A program made the position numbers and the translations under genes. Positions 10,661-18,900 of a stretch of 64,000 nucleotides of DNA are shown piece by piece. How positions within the stretch are numbered: the stretch's first letter is position 1; each line of letters begins with the position of its first letter. Origin of the DNA: Auanema rhodensis (taxonomy: Eukaryota; Animalia; Nematoda); the NCBI GenBank assembly GCA_964057225.1, contig OZ059897.1, positions 16,616,001-16,680,000 of the forward strand. Reading direction: 5' to 3'. Below the pieces are notes generated by a model, which saw nothing but the letters and a program-made list of their open reading frames with translations, was not told the origin of the DNA and ran no database searches.

Positions 10661-11041
10661 TGTCACATCTGCAAGCACATGGTAAACATGTGCGCGCTAT
10701 TCAAATAGCGGGAGCCTGAACAAGCCCCGCCTACAACATGGGACACACATGACACTCTTGCTTCTGGTCTAACCCAGATAGGTTGTCTTATAGTCATGTG
10801 AGTCTCATCTCTATATCATCTATATATATACTCTATTTAATACTTTATCATATCTCTTTATATTCTTTCTTAATGTAATTCTTATATTGTATTTTCTTGT
10901 TATCTGATAATGAATCCTTTTCTCTTTAAGTATTTGTCTTAATAAGGAAATCGAAGCGTTCGGGTCTGCCTACCTAAGGAACAAGGTAGAAGTACATATA
11001 TCTTCCGACCATGAAAAGACGGGAAGAAACGATATGTAACG
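10661..11041 (+). repeat. Single 3' LTR-like segment (381 bp), TGTCACAT...ATGTAACG
   Basis: Starts with TG directly after the PPT, has imperfect inverted ends and a TATA-like run near 10821, and ends at the TSD. There is no second direct copy in the window, so the LTR call rests on position and motifs. Confidence 0.7.
10999..11041 (-). repeat. Right 43-bp terminal inverted repeat TATCTTCCGACCATGAAAAGACGGGAAGAAACGATATGTAACG
   Basis: Exact reverse complement of 6470-6512. Confidence 0.97.
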
Positions 11042-11081
11042 AGTGATGCCGAGGTCAGCAGTTCGATCCTGCTATGGAGCA
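11042..11081 (+). pseudogene. Duplicated AGTG + 3' exon of the interrupted tRNA-Ile(UAU) copy
   Basis: AGTG-ATGCCGAGGTCAGCAGTTCGATCCTGCTATGGAGCA resumes the unit exactly. Confidence 0.93.
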
Positions 11082-11166
11082 AAGTTTTGGCTCTGGCTGG
11101 CGCCTAATGTTTTCTTGGTATCTATGAAAAACAGATTGTTCAGAATGTTTTTTGATTGTGTCTATA

Positions 11167-13455
11167 GCTCCATTGGCGCAGTTGGTTAGCGCGTGGTACT
11201 TATAAGTATAAGTGATGCCGAGGTCAGCAGTTCGATCCTGCTATGGAGCAAAGTTTTGGCTCTGGCTGGCGCCTAATGTTTTCTTGGTATCTATGAAAAA
11301 CAGATTGTTCAGAATGTTTTTTGATTGTGTGTATAGCTCCATTGGCGCAGTTGGTTAGCGCGTGGTACCTATAAGTATAAGTGATGCCGAGGTCAGCAGT
11401 TCGATCCTGCTATGGAGCAAAGTTTTGGCTCTGGCTGGCGCCTAATGTTTTCTTGGTATCTATGAAAAAACAGATTGTTCAGAATGTTTTTTGATTGGGT
11501 CTATAGCTCCATTGGCGCAGTTGGTTAGCGCGTGGTACTTATAAGTATAAGTGATGCCGAGGTCAGCAGTTCGATCCTGCTATGGAGCAAAGTTTTGGCT
11601 CTGGCTGGCGCCTAATGTTTTCTTGGTATCTATGAAAAAACAGATTGTTCAGAATGTTTTTTGATTGGGTCTATAGCTCCATTGGCGCAGTTGGTTAGCG
11701 CGTGGTACTTATAAGTATAAGTGATGCCGAGGTCAGCAGTTCGATCCTGCTATGGAGCAAAGTTTAGGCTCTGGCTGGCGCCTAATGTTTTCTTGGTATC
11801 TATGAAAAAACAGATTGTTCAGAATGTTTTTCGATGGTGTCTATAGCTCCATTGGCGCAGTTGGTTAGCGCGTGGTACTTATAAGTATAAGTGATGCCGA
11901 GGTCAGCAGTTCGATCCTGCTATGGAGCAAAGTTTTGGCTCTGGCTGGCGCCTTATGTTTTCTTGGTATCTATGAAAAACAGATTGTTCAGAATGTTTTT
12001 TGATTGTGTCTATAGCTCCATTGGCGCAGTTGGTTAGCGCGTGGTACTTATAAGTATAAGTGATGCCGAGGTCAGCAGTTCGATCCTGCTATGGAGCAAA
12101 GTTTTGGCTCTGGCTGATGCCTTATGTTTTCTTGGTATCTATGAAAAACAGATTGTTCAGAATGTTTTTTGATTGGGTCTATAGCTCCATTGGCGCAGTT
12201 GGTTAGCGCGTGGTACTTATAAGTATAAGTGATGCCGAGGTCAGCAGTTCGATCCTGCTATGGAGCAAAGTTTTGGCTCTGGCTGGCGCCTAATGTTTTC
12301 TTGGTATCTATGAAAAAACAGATTGTTCAGAATGTTTTTTGATTGGGTCTATAGCTCCATTGGCGCAGTTGGTTAGCGCGTGGTACTTATAAGTATAAGT
12401 GATGCCGAGGTGAGCAGTTCGATCCTGCTATGGAGCAAAAATTTGGCTCTGGCTGGCGCCTAATGTTTTCTTGGTATCTATGAAAAAACAGATTGTTCAG
12501 AATGTTTTTTGATTGTGTCTATAGCTCCATTGGCGCAGTTGGTTAGCGCGTGGTACTTATAAGTATAAGTGATGCCGAGGTCAGCAGTTCGATCCTGCTA
12601 TGGAGCAAAGTTTTGGCTCTGGCTGGCGCCTAATGTTTTCTTGGTATCTATGAAAAAACAGATTGTTCAGAATTTTTTTCGATGGTGTCTATAGCTCCAT
12701 TGGCGCAGTTGGTTAGCGCGTGGTACTTATAAGTATAAGTGATGCCGAGGTCAGCAGTTCGATCCTGCTATGGAGCAAAGTTTTGGATCTGGCTGACGCC
12801 TTATCTTTCTTGGTATCTATGAAAAACAGATTGTTCAGAATGTTTTTTGATTGTGTCTATAGCTCCATTGGCGCAGTTGGTTAGCGCGTGGTACTTATAA
12901 GTATAAGTGATGCCGAGGTCAGCAGTTCGATCCTGCTATGGAGCAAAGTTTTAGCTCCGTTCGGCGCCTAATGTTTTCTTGGTATCTATGAAAAAACAGA
13001 TTGTTCAGAATGTTTTTTGATTGTGTCTATAGCTCCATTGGCGCAGTTGGTTAGCGCGTGGTACTTATAAGTATAAGTGATGCCGAGGTCAGCAGTTCGA
13101 TCCTGCTATGGAGCAAAGTTTTGGCTCTGGCTGGCGCCTAATGTTTTCTTGGTATATATGAAAAAACAGATTGTTCAGAATGTTTTTCGATGGTGTCTAT
13201 AGCTCCATTGGCGCAGTTGTTTAGCGCGTGGTACTTATAAGTATAAGTGATGCCGAGGTCAGCAGTTCGATCCTGCTATGGAGCAAAGTTTTAGCTCCGT
13301 TCGGCGCCTAATGTTTTCTTGGTATCTATGAAAAAACAGATTGTTCAGAATGTTTTTTGATTGTGTCTATAGCTTCATTGGCGCAGTTGGTTAGCGCGTG
13401 GTACTTATAAGTATAAGTGATGCCGAGGTCAGCAGTTCGATCCTGCTATGGAGCA
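11167..13455 (+). tRNA. 14 consecutive full-length intron-containing tRNA-Ile(UAU) genes (right block)
   Basis: Starts at 11167 ... 13372 (13 periods). Point variants at 11369 (U33>C), 12412, 13220 and 13375. Confidence 0.93.
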
Positions 13456-13549
13456 AAGTTTTAGCTCCGTTCGGCGCCTAATGTTTTCTTGGGTAATTTT
13501 TTATCAAATGAAATTTTTTCTAAATTACCCTTAAAAACACTTTTTTAAG

Positions 13550-13927
13550 ATGGGATATTCGATTCTTCACAACAAGACAAGCCATCTTTCACTGTCTACC
13601 GAAATCATCACTAGTGGTGTGAAGCGAAGATTTCGATATACGGGATCGAGTGGCTCATTCAAAGGAGATAGTGGTGCCGGATGTTGGAACAAAAAGGGGC
13701 AATTAATAGGAATGCAAGTCGAGGTAGAAAAGGTGGGGCACACAAAAGATGACAAAGGACGAACTGCATCTCCTACATGCGGAGGTCGTTGTTGTATCGT
13801 CGCAGTCTATGATGTTCTCGTGGCGATTCGGGTAATATTAATTGTTATTTTCACTCAAACAATTTTTGGATTTTAGGATTTGTTGCCACCGGCCGACTCT
13901 GATGATGAATATGAATGGAACGAATGA
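13550..13927 (+). pseudogene. Last two exons (13550-13831, 13877-13927) of a trypsin/chymotrypsin-like serine protease gene; no 5' exons in the window
   Basis: Catalytic-Ser motif KGDSGAGCWNKKGQLIGM; acceptor TTTTAAG before 13550; 45-nt GT..TTTTAG intron at 13832-13876; final exon DLLPPADSDDEYEWNE*. The catalytic His/Asp region is not seen. Confidence 0.7.
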
Positions 13928-14093
13928 ATTTATTGATCTTCTTTATCGGTTGTTTCTCGCTGCTCATAAAATTTCTTTTTGTATTAAAACATTTTTCTCG
14001 GGTCACAAATTATTCTTTTTGATTTATTGAAAAATTCCCCTTTTTTTTCCTGTCGCGCTCTGAATTCTGTTTAAAAACATTATGTGTGAAATA

Positions 14094-15318
14094 TTATGTG
14101 GTTGCATTGTTCCCCTGCCCCCCCCCCCCACCCAACCCCTAAAATAGTAAAAAAAACATATTTAGCGAAAAGTTTTTATTTTTTTTAGTATTGTCCTTTC
14201 TTCTGGATCACTTTCTCCCATCTCTGTGTCAAACTTCTGATTCCTTTCCTGAAAAAAACTTTATTTTTTGATTCAAAAAAATTTTTAACAAAGCCTTCAA
14301 CTTCCTCAAAGTTTTTGAAATTTTCACCCCTCAAACTGTGTTCCATAGACCTAAACAGATGGAAATCTCAGCAATGAGGGCGAGCGTTGTCGTGCAACAA
14401 CGCTATACTTCTGTTCCTAAGCTCCTCTCGGGCTTCAATGTTAACACTGAGCCGTCTGAGTTGCTCAGAATAATGTTCTCCATCTATGGTTCTACCGTAA
14501 GGTAAAATCTCATAGAAGAGAACTCCGTTTTCGTTCCAGAAAACGGACAGAAGTGCCTTTTTGGCTGTTTGCGGGTTGGCCCTTGGGGTCATCGGAACCG
14601 ATTCTCCAGGGTTAACCCAATACTTAGCCCTGTTTGGGTTGGAGTAGAGAATCCACTTCTCATCTCCAGTTACCAAACTTTTGAAAAAACCCCTTTTTTG
14701 GCTCAATTTCAGAAGATCTTGAGCCAAAGAAACTCTTGACCTGAGATTACTCTCAGACAACAGATGTGGGGAAAATGGGGAGAGCTTCTGAATTTTCCCT
14801 ATTTTTTTCAACCGTCGAGAGACAGTTGCTTTGTGAACATTCAATTGGTTCCCGATTTGGAGTTGTGTAGCTCCAGGAGTGCAATCGAGAACCTTTTGAA
14901 GGTCACAGTTGCTGAATTTTTCAGCAGCGCCGGGTCTTGGACGATCTTGGAGATCGAACTGGCCAGCTCTAAAGCGGCTAAACCACTTCTTACATGTTGT
15001 ATACGATGGAGAAGAATCTCCGTAAACAACTTTCATTTTTCTGAAGGTTTCTTTGGCAGAGATTCCTTCATTAAAATGATGAAGAAGGGTGTAGCGCATA
15101 AGTGCAAAATCCATAACGAAAATGAGAAACAAAAAAACGTTCAAAGAAAAAATAGTTTTTTCAAATGTAAAGTTTTAAAATTTAAAATTTTTTTATTGTT
15201 ATTATATTTAAAAATATTCAAATTTTTAAATTTTGTATTTATTTTTTTTTAATTTTGTAAAATTAGCATAATATTTAATTTTTCTCAAGGGGGGCAGGGG
15301 AACAATGCAACCACCTAA
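14094..15318 (-). mobile_element. Mariner (Tc1/mariner, DD34D-type) DNA transposon, 1225 bp, internally deleted
   Basis: 30-bp TIRs TTA(T/G)GTGGTTGCATTGTTCCCCTGCCCCCC at 14094-14123 and 15289-15318 (1 mismatch); TA duplication at 14092-14093 and 15319-15320; transposase ORF inside. Confidence 0.95.
14185..15114 (-). pseudogene. Mariner transposase, inactivated by an internal deletion/in-frame stop
   Basis: MDFALMRY... with HTH region (KKWFSRFRAG, DRPRPG), LVTGDEKWILY and LHDNARPH, then TGA at 14368-14370, then in-frame DFHLFRSMEHSL...RWEKVIQKKGQY*. The YSPDLAP segment is missing. Confidence 0.92.
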
Positions 15319-15531
15319 TATAACACAAAAGCAAAGAAAATCAGTAAAGTGTCTCGCATGAAGATACCTCTAAAATCTTGATTTCCAATACTTCGACTAA
15401 AGCAAGGAGATCTAAATTTGTTAGGGCAGGCAGATCTTTCTCTAGTTTCATCATTTATTTAGCATTATTTTTTTTGACCGTTCCAGAGCATTTTTTTCGA
15501 CCATTTCGACAATTGGATTTCGACCACATTT

Positions 15532-15918
15532 TCAAGCCTTAAAAATGGCTGAAAAACGTGAAAATTGAGGATGAGCAGACCATGACTGAAACAAAATTTT
15601 TTTTTATTATCGTTGTCCAAAATTAATTTAACCTTAACTATAAAAAAAATAACTATATAAACATTAATTAAATTTTACTTGAAGATCTAGGGTACCGTCC
15701 AGTTCTTCTGGCACAGGCATTCCAATACTTTTCTCCAGTAATTCGGCATTCATTACTTAAAATTCATAATATAAAAATTATAAATACAAGAATATATATT
15801 GAAAAAAAAAGATATTCAAAATTTTCAATATTTTGAGATAAAAGTCTTAAAAATTTGAATGTCATACGCAATTACGCATTTTCGATAAAACGTGACATCT
15901 CGGCGTTACTTTTGCCAT
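15532..15918 (-). CDS. Putative 3-exon small protein (57 aa), unknown function
   Basis: Exons 15918-15876, 15755-15679 and 15585-15532 have GT..AG introns (TTTTAAG, TTTCAG acceptors) in compatible phases, giving MAKVTPRCHVLSKMLMNAELLEKSIGMPVPEELDGTLDLQSWSAHPQFSRFSAIFKA*. Exons are GC-richer than their flanks. No recognisable homology. Confidence 0.35.
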
Positions 15919-18900
15919 AACGATCGACAGCAGGGACCCTAAGTCGTCAGAAGATTGAGATAAACTTGAAAACAAAGAAAGCAACAAAAATATGAAAAAA
16001 ATTGGAACAATGCTCTAAGAAATAAAAATTAAGAATATGAGAAATAAGAGAATCATCTTTTCAGCTATTTATATATTAGTAACCATTATTATGTATATCA
16101 TACATATATATATATATATATATAGATATATATTATATATTTATATACATACATGAGAAGAAGGTAAACTTATATGAAAAGTACACGCATATATTGAATA
16201 TTTATTTAATATAATTTTTCAATTATTTAGATCCTTTCGTCTAGTTTCATGTTTTCTTCTCGTTTTTATTTCTGTCACAAAGTCGCAAATAAGCTATAGC
16301 ATGTTCGGAGTTTCGGTAAGATTGTTGATGTAAGCTATGAAATAAAATTTTTAGAAATAGAGGTATTTCCAAAGAATAAAAACGACCAATATCCTGAAAG
16401 ATATTACTCAGTATAGTTTCTGTGATGGTTTTATTAATACATTTTCTGTTAATTTCATCTTTAATTCATAATGAGTATCAAATTAGAACGTAAGATATAA
16501 GACACGTTTCTATGTCATTACCATCCCAGTTCTTACGAAATGATATTATTGTTAGAAATTATCCATTTTTTGAAATAAATTGCTCCAAAGAATAAGAATT
16601 TCACATTTTTTGTATTGTTTTGCATCAAAAACTTAGATAACACTATTTTTCAAAAATATTGTTATAAATCTATACATGTACTCCAATGGTAATCATTTTA
16701 TAGTGCTTTGCAAATTTTTTAAAGCTGAAAATCTAATAAGCGTAACTTTAAAAATATCTGCCAAAGTATGTCTTCCAATGTTTAGAAAGAAGAATTTAAA
16801 ATTTTTTTCATATGATGCAGCTGATGAACGCTCATCATCAGAAGTTGAAGTTATATATAGAATATCAAAAATTTATTAGCGTAAAGTATCATGCATCATT
16901 CCATATGCGCATCAATCTAGAGTTACATCTGTATTAATTCACCTAAATCTTGTATTTTTTTATTTTCTTCTCTCATTCTGTTCTCAAAAAAATTTGTTTA
17001 CAGATTAGCGATATAAGCAATTCCGATTTTAGAAACATTGCAGCACTTCCAGAGAAATAGCGTGTTTTTTTCCAGTAGAATTTATATTTTTTAGCATATT
17101 TTTGTTAAGAGAGTTCAAATAAAAAATGATGTCGATGTTGCTAGCTTATAACTATATATGATTATTACTCATATTGAACTTTATAATTTTAATATATTAA
17201 TAGAAATATATAAATATATATGTATCTAAATGTATTTATATTATATTATTAGCATATTTATTTTATTGCAAAATATTTATTTATTTCTGTTTCTTTATCT
17301 TCACTTTTGAGCTTTCTTTCCTTAAATTAATATAATTAATTTTCTTTACTGGAAGGTTATAAAACATATGTTTTCACTATAAAAAGAAAAAACATTTATG
17401 AATTAGCTTTTTCAATTCTAGGTATCACGTTCTTTCCTGAGCTACAATCTCTAGATGTTCGAAACTTCCTCTTACATCTGAAATAATATATTTTTTTAGT
17501 ACACAAATCTTCAATCGAATGTTCAGCTTTTGGCTGAATAATTTGGTTGCTTTTCTTTGAATCCTGATTTCTTTTTATCTTAATATTTCTCTTTCTCACT
17601 CTTAATTCACAATTCCATATACACACTCTTTCTCTTATTCCCTTTCACTTATCCCTCTCTCTTTAAATTATATTCCAATTTTAAAAATAGTTTCATCTGC
17701 CTTTAGGCTGTTTGTTCAAAAGAATAATAATATATATTTATAATGATATGTTTCAAATTCATTAAAAATCTTACTATGTTTCTATTCATCAAAGACAAAG
17801 TTCCTTCTCAGTTCTTTAGATCATTCACTAAGGTTTGTTTTTCATACATTTTTAAGAAAATAATACTCTGCACCATATTTCAATAAACACAAATGAGTAG
17901 AGTGGAAACTTCATTCCTATTTTAGCATTTGTACAAATTAATTACGTCACAAACGAGCTGAACAAGCAGTATTTAAAATTTCATTTTGAATGATGAAGAC
18001 AAAACTTTAAAAAAATTACTCAAATATCTACGAATAAGAATGAATTAGCTGGTCCATTTTCTCGTGAATATTGAAAAGAAGCTACTGATGAGTGTTGCAA
18101 GTGATTCTAAATTTTGTCGAACGAAGATGTCTAGGCTACTTGCCTTACTTCATTTTCTCTTATATTCATCAGAAGTACTTAAAAATAATTATAGATAGTA
18201 TTATTATATTTTATATTATTTCTTTTAAATGTAATAATATAAATACATTATTAAGTGCTATATATATATATATATATGTACAGGATATAATATTATTTTG
18301 TTGGAATGTTTGAAATTCGTTATTAAATAATTCTTGAAATTGAAGAAAATTTATAAGTAATACTTTTTCCTGGAAACAGATTTGAAAGCAACCAGTCTTA
18401 TTCACGCAATTTCTTGAAATGATTTCGAACTACGTTCGTGTCAACGTGAGCGTTTAAACTTACAGCTTAACATCTCAATTCAGACGTAAAATATTAGAAC
18501 AAACAAGGACAAAATTAGACTGCTTATAATTAAAAACAAATTATATTTTAATTTGATTATATGAAGTAATATTTAGTTTTTTTTGTAAATGTTTTGTTAA
18601 TGTTTGAATATTTAAAGTCGATCAATGAAAGATAAAAGCTTTGCAGAAGTAAGTAAAAGCATAAGATGCTTCCAGGCAGATTTATTGAATGTTTTTCTAT
18701 AATATCGGAAGCAAATGACTTCGCACTTTTTAAATCTAAAACTTTCTTTTTTTTTCTGTATTGCCATATGTACCTCTTTTAATACCTTCCTTACTTTTGC
18801 TATGTATTTCGTATCTCCCTCTTAGTCTCTTTTTCTCTCTCCTTATGTTCATATTTATTTCTTCACTAAAACTTCATCTCATCGTTTCCTACAATTTTCA

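Larger units (their letters stand above)
6470..11041 (+). mobile_element. Ty3/Gypsy-type retroelement without gag, bounded by 43-bp terminal inverted repeats and a 4-bp TSD (AGTG), with a single 3' LTR-like segment
   Basis: AGTG at 6466-6469 and 11042-11045 flanks the insertion, and removing it restores a normal tRNA unit. The ends are perfect reverse complements over 43 bp. Contains an intact pol ORF and a PPT followed by TGTCACA at 10649-10667. No direct repeat at the 5' end. Confidence 0.95.
1..13492 (+). repeat. Tandem array of 168-170 bp units (84-nt tRNA-Ile(UAU) gene + ~85-bp spacer), ~53 units, interrupted once by a 4.57-kb element; continues beyond the left edge of the window
   Basis: GCTCCATTGGCGCAG recurs at 164, 333, ... 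6422 and at 11167 ... 13372 with ~169-bp period. Spacer length variants give 168 bp (GGATCT...CCTTATCTTTC) or 170 bp (A6 run). The array stops abruptly at ...ATGTTTTCTTGG (13492). Confidence 0.98.

Noticed and set aside
6470-11041. DIRS-type element or ordinary two-LTR retrotransposon
   Set aside because: It encodes a DDE integrase and protease rather than a tyrosine recombinase, has a TSD, and has no direct repeat of 10661-11041 at the 5' end.
6422-11081. Element acting as a giant spliceable tRNA intron or group II intron
   Set aside because: The RT is Gypsy-type, there are no GUGYG/AY boundaries, multiple T runs would stop Pol III, and the A and B boxes are 4.6 kb apart.
1-13492. CRISPR array
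   Set aside because: Spacers are near-identical rather than unique, the repeat folds as a tRNA, the context is eukaryotic and there are no cas genes.
14764-15252. 162-aa + strand ORF
   Set aside because: Antisense shadow of the mariner transposase.
16231-16315. Exon-like segment (TTTAG...TTCG|GTAAG)
   Set aside because: No convincing coding frame or partner exon; could be a non-coding exon but cannot be supported.
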